Source: an uncultured Clostridia bacterium (GTDB lineage: Bacteria; Bacillota; Clostridia; Christensenellales; UBA3700). Taken from it: a stretch of DNA of 29,068 nt. Shown here in pieces: positions 20,717-29,068 of the stretch. The notes below the pieces were generated by a model that had not been told where the DNA came from, searched no databases, and saw nothing but the letters and a program-made list of their open reading frames with translations. Location: positions 1 to 29,068 of the forward strand of contig CAMWPK010000001.1 of the NCBI GenBank assembly GCA_947176115.1, read 5' to 3'. The position numbers and the translations under genes are program-made. Position 1 is the stretch's first letter. Each line of letters opens with the position of its first letter.

Positions 20717-21052
20717 TTAAAGTCTTTTTGTTATTTCTTGATAGTTCCATTCTTTGGCTTTTTTGCCTACTAGGAACCAATCGATAAATGCCCCTATTCC
20801 AAAAAATCCGCCGGTAATGAGTTTAAGCACTCCAAGACCTGCTTGTCCAAGCATAAATCTATCAATTCCAAGATAACCGAAAAGTATTGATACTACAGTA
20901 ACGGCGGTAGGATTTTTGAAATTGATTGTAGCAAGCAAGTTGTATTTTTCATCCGGACAATTTCTCATTGCGTCTTCAATATAAGCTCTTTTGTCTGCGG
21001 GGAAACGCTTGCCGTAGGCGTTCATAAAGTTTGCTATCCTTTGTTGGTCCAT
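20717..21052 (-). CDS. TM2-domain membrane protein
   Basis: LFGYLGIDRFMLGQ.GLG.LKL.T.G..GIG..IDWF motif. The start is moved to ATG 21052, behind AAGGAG. Confidence 0.88.
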   Translation of the reverse strand: MDQQRIANFMNAYGKRFPADKRAYIEDAMRNCPDEKYNLLATINFKNPTAVTVVSILFGYLGIDRFMLGQAGLGVLKLITGGFFGIGAFIDWFLVGKKAKEWNYQEITKRL

Positions 21053-21092
21053 TGTGATTCTCCTTATATATAAAAAGTTATTGATATACGAA

Positions 21093-21160
21093 ATATCGTA
21101 ATAAGTATACGATATGCAATATTGTTTGTCAACACTTTTTCGTATAAAATATACGAAAAA
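21093..21160. promoter_or_regulatory. Two palindromic operators, TCGTA-N7-TACGA
   Basis: ATATCGTA-7-TACGATAT (21093-21115) and TTTTTCGTATA-AAA-TATACGAAAAA (21136-21160). Confidence 0.7.
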
Positions 21161-21179
21161 GGCAATTATAGGGAGTAAT

Positions 21180-21500
21180 ATGGATATTCTTGCAAAAATT
21201 ATTGAATTGCGCAACCAAAAAGGGTGGACGGAATATAAGTTGAGCGTGGAGTCCAATATTCCGCAGACGACAATCTCTTCTTGGTTTAGAAAAAAAGTCC
21301 AGCCTTCCGTCGCGTCTTTGCAAGCAATCTGCAATGCGTTTGGAATTACGCTGTCGCAATTTTTTGCAGAAGACGGCGAGCCTTATCAGCTTACTCAAGC
21401 GCAAAGAAAATTGCTTGACGAATTTTCGTCGCTTACAATCAATCAGCAAGAAGCGTTGATTGACTTGCTTAAGTCGTTGCGGAGCGAAGATTATAAATGA
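21180..21500 (+). CDS. XRE-family HTH regulator
   Basis: GWTEYKLSVESNIPQTTISSWFRKKVQPSVASLQAICNAFGITLSQFF. The start is ATG 21180, behind GGGAG. Confidence 0.92.
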   Translation: MDILAKIIELRNQKGWTEYKLSVESNIPQTTISSWFRKKVQPSVASLQAICNAFGITLSQFFAEDGEPYQLTQAQRKLLDEFSSLTINQQEALIDLLKSLRSEDYK

Positions 21501-22039
21501 GTCTTGAATTTATCGGGCAAAATCTTGTCAAGGCGATTGACAAGAGGTCTAAAAACTATGAGAAAGAGTAGTAAATTGCATACTATCTCAACTATATAAA
21601 AGGCGAAGCCTCTGGTATATATGATAGCAAATCTTTTCCAGAAGTTGTTCCAAAATCCCGTCAAAAGTCCAGTATCTATCAGCGAACTTAATACTCCGAA
21701 AGACGCCGTCAAAGCCACTGCGGTAGCAGTAAGGATAAGACGGTTTTTTATTTTGGCTTTGCCTAGGAGCATAAATACCAAGGCTACGCATCCCCAATGA
21801 ATGAGGTAGGTTATTACCCAAGTATTTACGCCCCAAATCAACGTTTCTAAGGCTACGAAAATGTACGTGGCTATTATTCCGTAAAAGCCGAATACGTATC
21901 CGTATACACCGCAAAGCAAGGTGACTATCTCCACGTTGGGGATAAAAGCCAGCGCAAGTTTGCCTGCCTCTAGGGTGGCGGACATAATTGCTATCAGCGC
22001 AAGTTTAAGCGCTCTGTCGCGGTGCGGAGAAGGCGTCAT
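21491..22039 (-). CDS. ECF transporter S component, CbrT-like (probably cobalamin)
   Basis: LAFIPNVEIVTLL motif, about 5-6 TM segments, and position downstream of a cobalamin riboswitch. Confidence 0.82.
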   Translation of the reverse strand: MTPSPHRDRALKLALIAIMSATLEAGKLALAFIPNVEIVTLLCGVYGYVFGFYGIIATYIFVALETLIWGVNTWVITYLIHWGCVALVFMLLGKAKIKNRLILTATAVALTASFGVLSSLIDTGLLTGFWNNFWKRFAIIYTRGFAFYIVEIVCNLLLFLIVFRPLVNRLDKILPDKFKTHL

Positions 22040-22040
22040 A

Positions 22041-22511
22041 TCAGTCGAAAGTTATGTACGTGATTACGATAGTGCAGTTGGCTTTGACAGTCATCTGGCT
22101 TGCGCTTACGCCACTGTTGGTATAACTCTTACCTTTGTAGGTGATTTGTACGGCGTATTGAGTTACGTCAAAGTCCGCATCTACGTCAGTATAGATATAG
22201 ATATATTTTCCTCCGCCTTCTTGCAACTCGCCCACTTGAGTTAGATAAGCGCCGTAGCCGTAGTCTTGTGCGGTGTAGGTGAGTCTTCCCTCGCTTTGGA
22301 GATATTCGAGTATCGCCATAAGTCCGCTTGAGCTGTTGCCGGACGGAACTTTAGAGAGGTCAACGTAGTATTCTTGAGCGACGTCGCCGTCAAGAAGAAC
22401 AAGCGTCATTGTTCCTTGGGTGTCATTGCCGGGGTCAGCGCAAGCGAAGAGAGAGATCGCAAGCAATGATACGAGCAATATTGCAGTAATGAGTTTTGCA
22501 TACTTTTTCAT
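22041..22511 (-). CDS. Lipoprotein, DUF4430-like
   Basis: Signal peptide with the lipobox LFAC, a YGAYLTQV motif, and co-transcription with the S component. Confidence 0.75.
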   Translation of the reverse strand: MKKYAKLITAILLVSLLAISLFACADPGNDTQGTMTLVLLDGDVAQEYYVDLSKVPSGNSSSGLMAILEYLQSEGRLTYTAQDYGYGAYLTQVGELQEGGGKYIYIYTDVDADFDVTQYAVQITYKGKSYTNSGVSASQMTVKANCTIVITYITFD

Positions 22512-22544
22512 TTGAGTATACTCCTTTTGTTTATTTAATCGGTA

Positions 22545-22584
22545 GAGATTTCTCCATTTCGCTAACGCTACAGTCGAAATGACG
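22545..22584. repeat. CGTC-tagged REP-like repeat, long variant
   Basis: GAGATTTCTCCATTTCGCTAACGCTACAGTCGAAATGACG. Confidence 0.85.
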
Positions 22585-22698
22585 TCAACCGGTTATTTAT
22601 TAACTAACATATAGTACATATTAGCACTGATGACAATCTCAGTATAACGCAATTTTACTTGTAAAATCGCGTAGCGTCTAAAGATGGATTCTGCGTGG

Positions 22699-22724
22699 AA
22701 AATAAAAACGCCCCATAGGGGGCG
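22699..22724 (-). terminator. Riboswitch expression-platform terminator
   Basis: Minus strand reads CGCCCCC-TAT-GGGGCG-TTTTTATTTT. Confidence 0.72.
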
Positions 22725-22779
22725 GAATGACAAGCAAAACAGCGCTATGACTTGACTTCCCACCGAAATCCGTCTTTGA

Positions 22780-22945
22780 TATTGCAGGCAGGTCTCCTGA
22801 CTTACGGCTTCATACCTTGCGCTCTCTTCCCGATTTTTCAGTGACAACGAGCGTTCGTAGCCGATACAGTAGCGGGGGCTGTCGGAGATTTTCACACCGT
22901 TCCCTTTTTAATGTATGGCGATTGCCAAAACAACCTTACAATATT
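22780..22945 (-). ncRNA. Cobalamin riboswitch
   Basis: Minus strand reads AGGTT..TAAAAAGGGAACGGTGTGAAAATCTCCGACAGCCCCCGCTACTGT..CACTG..GGGAAG..AGTCAGGAGACCTGCC, the conserved B12-box pattern. The boundaries are approximate. Confidence 0.93.
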
Positions 22946-22996
22946 ATTTATTTTTGCTTATTATATATTAGTTTAGAGAAGTTTGTCAATGAATTT

Positions 22997-23374
22997 TCAG
23001 TGTAGTCTGCGCAAAATATCACTTGGGTCGTACTCAACTCCGTCAACTATGACAGGTTCGCCGGTTCTGGTCTTTTTGATCATATCGGCTTTGACCATTT
23101 TCTTAACTTCGCTGACGTAAGAACTTGTTTCTAGTACAGTTCTTACTTTTTCGCTGGAATCGGGTAGGCTCTTGAGGTCTTTTCCCAAATATATAGCAAT
23201 GGGATTATATACGATATCTTCTTTAATGGTCATTCTGAGTATCGTCATATACGTTTCGTTTACTCGTTTCATATATTTGTTGTAGTCGCTCTGAGTTTCT
23301 TCATCGCGACCTGCAAGTCTGTTCTTGGCTTTCTTAGCTAAAAAGTGCAAATTAGTATCATAAGAGGTTGGCAT
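22997..23374 (-). CDS. Hypothetical protein
   Basis: 125-aa ORF with the SD GGAG; no recognisable motif. Confidence 0.65.
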   Translation of the reverse strand: MPTSYDTNLHFLAKKAKNRLAGRDEETQSDYNKYMKRVNETYMTILRMTIKEDIVYNPIAIYLGKDLKSLPDSSEKVRTVLETSSYVSEVKKMVKADMIKKTRTGEPVIVDGVEYDPSDILRRLH

Positions 23375-23602
23375 TTAGTAATCTCCACATAAAGTTATTT
23401 TATTAAGTCGGGTATCATAAAATAATTATCGTTTGACATTCCTATGACACTATCATAGCGTTTTTGTGTCTAAATTGCAAGTATTTTGCAATATGTTTTG
23501 TACAAAATTACAAAAGTTTTCAATTTTCGTTCAAAATCGACACAATTCGCACTCATAATTATGCTAAAGTGGTAAAATTTTGCCTATTTAATCTTTATGA
23601 TG

Positions 23603-24043
23603 TCAGTTACTGCGACCGATAACAAAGTCAACGGAGCAATCGAAAATTTGCGCAAGTTTGACGATATTGTCTATATTGGGCATGCCAACTCCGTTTTTCC
23701 AAACGTAGAATCTTGCTTTAGAAATATTTTCATTTTTATATACACTGCTAGCTGACCGCTTAAAATAATTTAACAAAAAGGCAAGCCTTTCTGCAAAAGG
23801 CGGACACGGCATAAAGTCTGTGTTTTTAATCTCATCTTCTAGACCAAGTAAATAATCTGTTGAGCAGTTAAAGAAATCTGCAATTTTTACAAGACATTCT
23901 ATTGACGGAGTTCGTTCTTTATTCAAATAGCGAGATATAGTTGCATTTCCCATGCCTAAAGCGTCAGCTAGGTTTTTTGAATTAATGCCACGTTCAATAA
24001 GCAAATCGTTAAGGTTTTCAGCCAAATTAGTTAGAATATCCAT
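23603..24043 (-). CDS. Double XRE-HTH regulator, copy 3 of a tandem triplicate
   Basis: Two HTH_3-like units; a paralogue of the two upstream genes. Confidence 0.9.
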   Translation of the reverse strand: MDILTNLAENLNDLLIERGINSKNLADALGMGNATISRYLNKERTPSIECLVKIADFFNCSTDYLLGLEDEIKNTDFMPCPPFAERLAFLLNYFKRSASSVYKNENISKARFYVWKNGVGMPNIDNIVKLAQIFDCSVDFVIGRSN

Positions 24044-24045
24044 TC

Positions 24046-24489
24046 TTATCCTTTACTGCGACCAATAACAAAGTCAACAGAGCAATCAAAGATTTGCGCA
24101 AGTTTAATTACATTTTCTAAACTTGGTGAACTTACACCGTTTTTCCAATTGTAATATTTAGATTGAGTTATATCTCTATCGTGGTAAAGGTAATAAGCAG
24201 AACGGTTAAAATATTTTAACAAATATGCAAGTCTATCCGCAAATGGTGGGCAGGGTAGGAAAGTTTTAGGATATATCTCATCTTCTAAGCCTAATAAGTA
24301 GTCGGTTGAGCAGTTGAAATAGTCGGCAATCTTTACAAGGTATTTTACAGTGGGCACTCTACCTTTATTTACATATCGTGTGATTGTGGCTTCTCCCATA
24401 CCAAGGCTAACGGCAAAACTTTTTGCATTTATGCCATATTCAATAAGCAAATCGTTAAGATTTTCAGCAAAATTAGTTAGAATATCCAT
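24046..24489 (-). CDS. Double XRE-HTH regulator, copy 2
   Basis: The start is moved to ATG 24489 (MDILTNF), 1 nt after the previous stop. Confidence 0.9.
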   Translation of the reverse strand: MDILTNFAENLNDLLIEYGINAKSFAVSLGMGEATITRYVNKGRVPTVKYLVKIADYFNCSTDYLLGLEDEIYPKTFLPCPPFADRLAYLLKYFNRSAYYLYHDRDITQSKYYNWKNGVSSPSLENVIKLAQIFDCSVDFVIGRSKG

Positions 24490-24490
24490 T

Positions 24491-24934
24491 TTAACCCTTA
24501 CTGCGACCAATAACAAAGTCAACGGAGCAATCAAATAGTTTTGCCAGTTTAACAATATTGTCTACGCTGGGTACGCCAACTCCGTTCTTCCAACCATAAT
24601 ATCTAGCTTGGGATATATCAGTATTATGATATATGCTATACGAAGAACGTTTGTAATAATTTAATAAATAAGCAAGCCTTTCTGCAAACGGCGGACACGG
24701 CATAAAATCTGTATTTCTAATCTCGTCTTCTAGACCTAGCAAATAGTCTGTTGAGCAATTAAAATAATTTGCAATTTTTACGAGATAATCTATACTTGGA
24801 AGTCTTTCTCCATTCAAATAGCGTGTAATAGTAGAATTTTCCATACCTAGCGCAAGAGCAAGTGTTCTAGCGTTTAAGTTATTTTCAATTATTAAATCGT
24901 TTAAGGTTCCTGCAAAATTTGATAAAATACTCAT
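24491..24934 (-). CDS. Double XRE-HTH regulator, copy 1
   Basis: MSILSNFAGTLNDL..KIANYFNCSTDYLLG..KLAKLFDCSVDFVIGRS. Confidence 0.9.
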   Translation of the reverse strand: MSILSNFAGTLNDLIIENNLNARTLALALGMENSTITRYLNGERLPSIDYLVKIANYFNCSTDYLLGLEDEIRNTDFMPCPPFAERLAYLLNYYKRSSYSIYHNTDISQARYYGWKNGVGVPSVDNIVKLAKLFDCSVDFVIGRSKG

Positions 24935-24968
24935 AAAAATATATCCTTATAAGGTATTATGTGTCGAA

Positions 24969-24997
24969 TTGGCAAGATTTTGATTGCATCTTGCCAA
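24969..24997. promoter_or_regulatory. Candidate operator overlapping the promoter of 25044..25265
   Basis: TTGGCAAGAT-9 nt-ATCTTGCCAA is a perfect inverted repeat. It overlaps TTGCAT (24984-24989)-18 nt-TAGAAT (25008-25013). Confidence 0.6.
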
Positions 24998-25043
24998 CTT
25001 GATATGGTAGAATATAGACAATACAATTTAAGGAGAAAATCTA

Positions 25044-25265
25044 ATGAAATGCAAAAAAGAACTTACGAAAGATGAAATGGAAATGTATTTGCGCGCTGTT
25101 TTAGAAAAGACGGTTCATTCAAAAGATTTATTGGCAGAAATTTTGCCGTTGCTGGAGGAGTACTTTATTGCAGGGTTTGATTTGACTGACGAGAATATCG
25201 TAGTAGAAATGCTCAATAAGCAAAAATTCAGAATTATTATTGAAGAAATTAAAGAAGAGGAATAA
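25044..25265 (+). CDS. Small acidic hypothetical protein
   Basis: SD AAGGAG, its own promoter-like sequence, and a downstream terminator. Confidence 0.72.
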   Translation: MKCKKELTKDEMEMYLRAVLEKTVHSKDLLAEILPLLEEYFIAGFDLTDENIVVEMLNKQKFRIIIEEIKEEE

Positions 25266-25301
25266 TAAGTAAATTGATATAACGTATTAAGCAGAAAAAA
25301 T

Positions 25302-25333
25302 AAAAAGAGATAGGCGAGCGCCTATCTCTTTTT
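25302..25333. terminator. Bidirectional terminator
   Basis: AAAAAGAGATAGGCG-AG-CGCCTATCTCTTTTT. Confidence 0.85.
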
Positions 25334-25347
25334 GGTATTGCTTGTAA

Positions 25348-26301
25348 TTACTTGCTGAGAATTTCGTCAGCCTTGCCTGCGCAACCAAGTACGTTGACGA
25401 GCTTGTGCTTAACGATGTACTTGATATTTGCTCTTGCGTCGCCGAGATATTGTCTTGGGTCGAAGTGGTCCGGATGCTCTGTGAAGTGCTTGCGGATACC
25501 TGCGGTGCAAGCCATTCTGAGGTCAGAGTCGATATTTATCTTACATACTGCCATAGAAGCTGCTTGACGAAGCATTTCTTCAGGTACGCCGATAGCGTCG
25601 TTGAGCTTACCGCCGTTCTCGTTGACAATCTTTACGAATTCTTGCGGTACGGAAGAAGCGCCGTGGAGTACTATTGGGAACTGTGGCAATCTCTTGCTTA
25701 CTTCTTCAAGAATGTCAAAGCGAAGTTGTGGCTTTGTGCCCGGCTTGAACTTAAATGCGCCGTGGGAAGTACCGATAGCTATTGCGAGCGAGTCAACGCC
25801 TGTCTTTGCTACGAATTCCTCAACTTCTTCAGGACGGGTATAGGAGCTGTCTTCAGCAGATACCTTTACGTCGTCCTCAACGCCTGCAAGACGTCCGAGT
25901 TCGCCTTCTACGGTTACGCCGTGGTCGTGAGCGTACTCAACGACTTTCTTTGTCAATTCGATATTGTCCTTGAAAGAGTGGTGGCTACCGTCGATCATAA
26001 CGGAGTTGAAACCGCCGTCGATACAGCTCTTGCAAAGCTCAAAGGTGTCGCCGTGGTCGAGGTGAAGACATATAGGAAGGTGGCTTACTTCTTCAGCCGC
26101 TTCTACCATTTTGCGAAGATAAGTAGGATTAGCGTACTTTCTTGCGCCGGAAGAAACTTGAAGTATAAGCGGAGCGTTTTCTTCGGTAGCGGCTTCTACG
26201 ATACCTTGAATAATTTCCATATTGTTTACGTTGAAAGCGCCGATAGCGTAATGTCCGGCATATGCTTTCTTAAACATTTCTTTTGATGTTACGAGTGGCA
26301 T
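25348..26301 (-). CDS. fba: Class II fructose-1,6-bisphosphate aldolase
   Basis: AIGAFNVNN, LHLDHG, SVMIDGSH, AIGTSHG, VLHGAS and KINIDSD motifs are present. Confidence 0.96.
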   Translation of the reverse strand: MPLVTSKEMFKKAYAGHYAIGAFNVNNMEIIQGIVEAATEENAPLILQVSSGARKYANPTYLRKMVEAAEEVSHLPICLHLDHGDTFELCKSCIDGGFNSVMIDGSHHSFKDNIELTKKVVEYAHDHGVTVEGELGRLAGVEDDVKVSAEDSSYTRPEEVEEFVAKTGVDSLAIAIGTSHGAFKFKPGTKPQLRFDILEEVSKRLPQFPIVLHGASSVPQEFVKIVNENGGKLNDAIGVPEEMLRQAASMAVCKINIDSDLRMACTAGIRKHFTEHPDHFDPRQYLGDARANIKYIVKHKLVNVLGCAGKADEILSK

Positions 26302-26518
26302 AAATGACCTCCAAATTTTTTTGTCAAATAGATTTTAGCACAATACGGCTTAAATTACAACCTTTTTGCAATAATTTAGTTCCAAGGTTTTTCTGCGGTT
26401 GGGGCTAAGATACGTCGAAAAGTTTTGAACAGCTATTGACAAAATGCCAAGACGACATATTATAATAGATGTGTAGCGAGAAAGACAAACTCGAAATACG
26501 TCGTTTAAGGAGTAAATT

Positions 26519-28180
26519 ATGGATATATCCCAAATCAAATACGATATTAAATACAAAGCGGGCGGTAAGACTTTCGTCTGCCAAGATAATGAGTGTCAGC
26601 ATTTTTCCTTGACGGCTTGTATTATTGACGGAGTATTAAAGGTATCGCTGGATGCAAAAGCCAAAGTAACCTTTTTGAAATTCGATATACGAATGCCTTA
26701 TAGGTATAGCGAAAGCGATAGAATCTTTGTCAACGGCTACCAGAGTTGGACGGACAGCATGGAGTATGAGCCAAAGGGGCAAATGAAAGAATTGACGAGA
26801 TTGACCGAGTTTTTGGTCACAAAGACGGTATTGAAGGCAATAGGACTGCCCAAGGCGGGGGATATACTCTTTTGGAAGTATCCGAGAAAAAGCGGAGTTT
26901 TCTACGGCTGGTCGTACGGTTATGTACGCCGTGGCGAGGACGTGGAAATATTCGGGTCGTTGAATGAGCGCTACGGATATACGGTAGTTACTTTTGATTG
27001 CAACAATAATGAGGTCGTGATTTCCAAAGAACTGCAAGACGTAGTATACTTTGGAGAAAACAAGATGTTGGAACTTGCGCGTATATGCGGTAAATACGAC
27101 GAGGCTTTTGACGAATACTTTGATAAAATGGGCGTAAAATCCCGCGAGGATAAAAAACGATGCGGATATACTTCTTGGTATAATTATTACAACCGTATTA
27201 GCCAAGACATTATCAATCGCGATTTAGAAGCTATATCCAATCAAGATATTAAATTCGACTGCTTCCAAATCGACGACGGTTATCAGGAGAATATAGGCGA
27301 TTGGCTTATTACCGACAAAAATAAGTTTCCCAACGGCATGAAAGCCATTGCGGACAACATTCATTCTAAGGGTATGATTGCAGGATTATGGCTTGCGCCG
27401 TTTGCGGGCGTAAGGAAGTCCAAGTTGTTCAAAGAGCATCCCGAATGGTTTATCAAAGATAAGCATGGCAAGCCGTATAATACGGGACATAACTGGGGAG
27501 GCTTTTATTCTCTCGACATATACAACGAGGGCGCTAGGGAGTATATAAAACACGTCTTTGACGTGGTGCTTAACGACTGGGGTTACGACCTTGTCAAACT
27601 TGACTTTTTGTATGGCGCTTGCGTATTGCCTATCCACAACAAGACGCGCGGGGAGATAATGTGCGACGCTATGGAGCTATTGAGAGAGTGTTGTAAGGAC
27701 AAATTGATACTTGGATGCGGAGTTCCGCTCATGCCTGCTTTCGGCAAAGTGGACTATTGCCGTATAGGCTCTGACGTAGAACTGTCTTGGAAGAATACAA
27801 GACACAAGATAAGAGATGACGTATCCACTCCTCATACAATATGCAATACTATTTTCCGCCGTCATCTCAACGGCAGAGCATGGATGAACGATCCCGACGT
27901 ATTTATGCTGAGAGATTACAATATGAAAATGAGCTTTGAACAGCGAAAGCTCGTCGCTAAGATAAACTCGACTTTTGGCAGTTTGCTCTTTATCTCCGAC
28001 GACGTAAGCACTTACAATCAAGAGCAGAAAGACGCGCTCAAAGCCACTTTTGCGCAAAAGGATATTAAGATAATCTCTGCGGAATTTGTAGAAAAAGACG
28101 TAATGAAAGCGGTTTTTGAAGAGGACGGGAAGCCTATTACGCTAAAGTTCAACGTACGCAACGGAGAATACGTAATATAG
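26519..28180 (+). CDS. Alpha-galactosidase-like glycoside hydrolase, GH36
   Basis: GYQSWT, GYTSWYNYY, FQIDDGYQ, GLWLAPF, VKLDFLY, RIGSD and NDPDVF motifs are present. The substrate is not certain. Confidence 0.85.
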   Translation: MDISQIKYDIKYKAGGKTFVCQDNECQHFSLTACIIDGVLKVSLDAKAKVTFLKFDIRMPYRYSESDRIFVNGYQSWTDSMEYEPKGQMKELTRLTEFLVTKTVLKAIGLPKAGDILFWKYPRKSGVFYGWSYGYVRRGEDVEIFGSLNERYGYTVVTFDCNNNEVVISKELQDVVYFGENKMLELARICGKYDEAFDEYFDKMGVKSREDKKRCGYTSWYNYYNRISQDIINRDLEAISNQDIKFDCFQIDDGYQENIGDWLITDKNKFPNGMKAIADNIHSKGMIAGLWLAPFAGVRKSKLFKEHPEWFIKDKHGKPYNTGHNWGGFYSLDIYNEGAREYIKHVFDVVLNDWGYDLVKLDFLYGACVLPIHNKTRGEIMCDAMELLRECCKDKLILGCGVPLMPAFGKVDYCRIGSDVELSWKNTRHKIRDDVSTPHTICNTIFRRHLNGRAWMNDPDVFMLRDYNMKMSFEQRKLVAKINSTFGSLLFISDDVSTYNQEQKDALKATFAQKDIKIISAEFVEKDVMKAVFEEDGKPITLKFNVRNGEYVI

Positions 28181-28196
28181 AATAATTTTACAGCCT

Positions 28197-28226
28197 AACA
28201 ACGCGACCTGAAAGGGTTGCGTTGTT
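28197..28226 (+). terminator. Terminator-like hairpin after the GH36 gene
   Basis: AACAACGCGACC-TGAAAG-GGTTGCGTTGTT. Confidence 0.65.
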
Positions 28227-28434
28227 GTATTATACGTAAATTTTACATTAAAAGTTGTAATGTAAATATTAGATAAAATATTGACAAAACGCGCATAAAG
28301 GTCTTGATTTTGCCCATTAAAAATATTAAACTTAAGATACAAATATTTTTGCCAAAGAATATAAGGGAACGTAGGTTTATCACACAAAGTTTTTGTGAAA
28401 AATATAATACATAGACTAGGATAGAGGTGGCGGT

Positions 28435-29068
28435 ATGTTGAAGTTGACAAATATCAAAAAAGACTACGTCTTGAACGGCGGGGATACGGTTCCTGCGCTC
28501 CAAGGCATTGATTTGGAGTTTAGAGCGAGCGAGTTCGTATCAATTCTGGGACCATCGGGTTGTGGAAAGACCACTATGCTCAACATTATCGGCGGTCTTG
28601 ACAGATATACCGACGGCGACTTGTCTATCGACGGCATTTCTACCAAACACTATTCCGATGTAGATTGGGACGCATACCGCAATATCAGAATAGGTTTTAT
28701 TTTCCAAAGCTACAATCTTATATCCCACGTTGATATTCTCACCAACGTGGAAATGGCGCTTTTGCTCGCAGGCGTAAGTAAGCAGGAAAGACGTCAACGC
28801 GCAATCAAAGCTCTCGAGGACGTGGGCTTGGGCGAGCACATACATAAAAAGCCCAACCAACTCTCCGGCGGTCAAATGCAGAGAGTTTCTATTGCGAGAG
28901 CGCTTATAAACAATCCAAGTATTATTCTCGCCGACGAGCCTACAGGCGCGTTGGATTCAAGTACCAGTGTGCAGATAATGGAGATACTCAAAGAGATCTC
29001 TTACAACAAGCTCATTATTATGGTTACGCACAATCCTGAACTTGCAGAGCAGTACTCCAACCGTATAG
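28435..29068 (+). CDS. ABC transporter ATP-binding domain (MacB/SalX-like), runs off the window end
   Basis: Not in the ORF track. It translates to GPSGCGKTT, GFIFQSYNL, LSGGQMQR, LADEPTGALDS and MVTHN, behind the SD GAGGTG. Confidence 0.93.
   Translation, partial: MLKLTNIKKDYVLNGGDTVPALQGIDLEFRASEFVSILGPSGCGKTTMLNIIGGLDRYTDGDLSIDGISTKHYSDVDWDAYRNIRIGFIFQSYNLISHVDILTNVEMALLLAGVSKQERRQRAIKALEDVGLGEHIHKKPNQLSGGQMQRVSIARALINNPSIILADEPTGALDSSTSVQIMEILKEISYNKLIIMVTHNPELAEQYSNRI

Noticed and set aside
22621-22647. CIRCE-like TTAGCACT
   Set aside because: Only one half-site matches, the inverted arm is poor, and no chaperone gene follows.
22593-22895. 100-aa minus-strand ORF (and 22817-23005 on the plus strand)
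   Set aside because: It overlaps the cobalamin riboswitch and its terminator.
23535-24970. TCGACACA / TGTGTCGA inverted pair flanking the XRE triplet, as transposon ends
   Set aside because: Only 8 bp match, there is no target duplication or transposase, and this is compatible with chance.

Overview
This window is the replication-origin region of a low-GC Firmicute; a Clostridia-like host is inferred from gene content. The core genes are dnaA (minus strand, with DnaA boxes just downstream), recF divergent from it, gyrB-gyrA, ftsH, fba, a ROK kinase, yyaC, a GH36 alpha-galactosidase, a cobalamin riboswitch with an ECF S-component operon, and a partial ABC ATPase. The strongest novel signal is two unrelated toxin-immunity modules inserted on either side of gyrBA. 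One is a barnase-type RNase followed by a double barstar. The other is a DUF6883-like protein followed by a DUF4926-like tandem array. Both toxins share the same short N-terminal Cys/His domain (C-x2-C-x7-F-x5-P-x2-P-x-HPNC-x-C-[FY]-x2-DI), which resembles the end of phage MuF, yet no phage genes are present in the window. Other observations include seven co-oriented TGTC/CGTC-tagged palindromic repeats, a rearranged origin with apparently leaderless back-to-back dnaA and recF promoters, a 34-bp alternating purine-pyrimidine tract in the gyrB leader, and a recurring module of a double-XRE gene plus a divergent small protein. All family assignments come from motif recognition by eye; no database searches were run.
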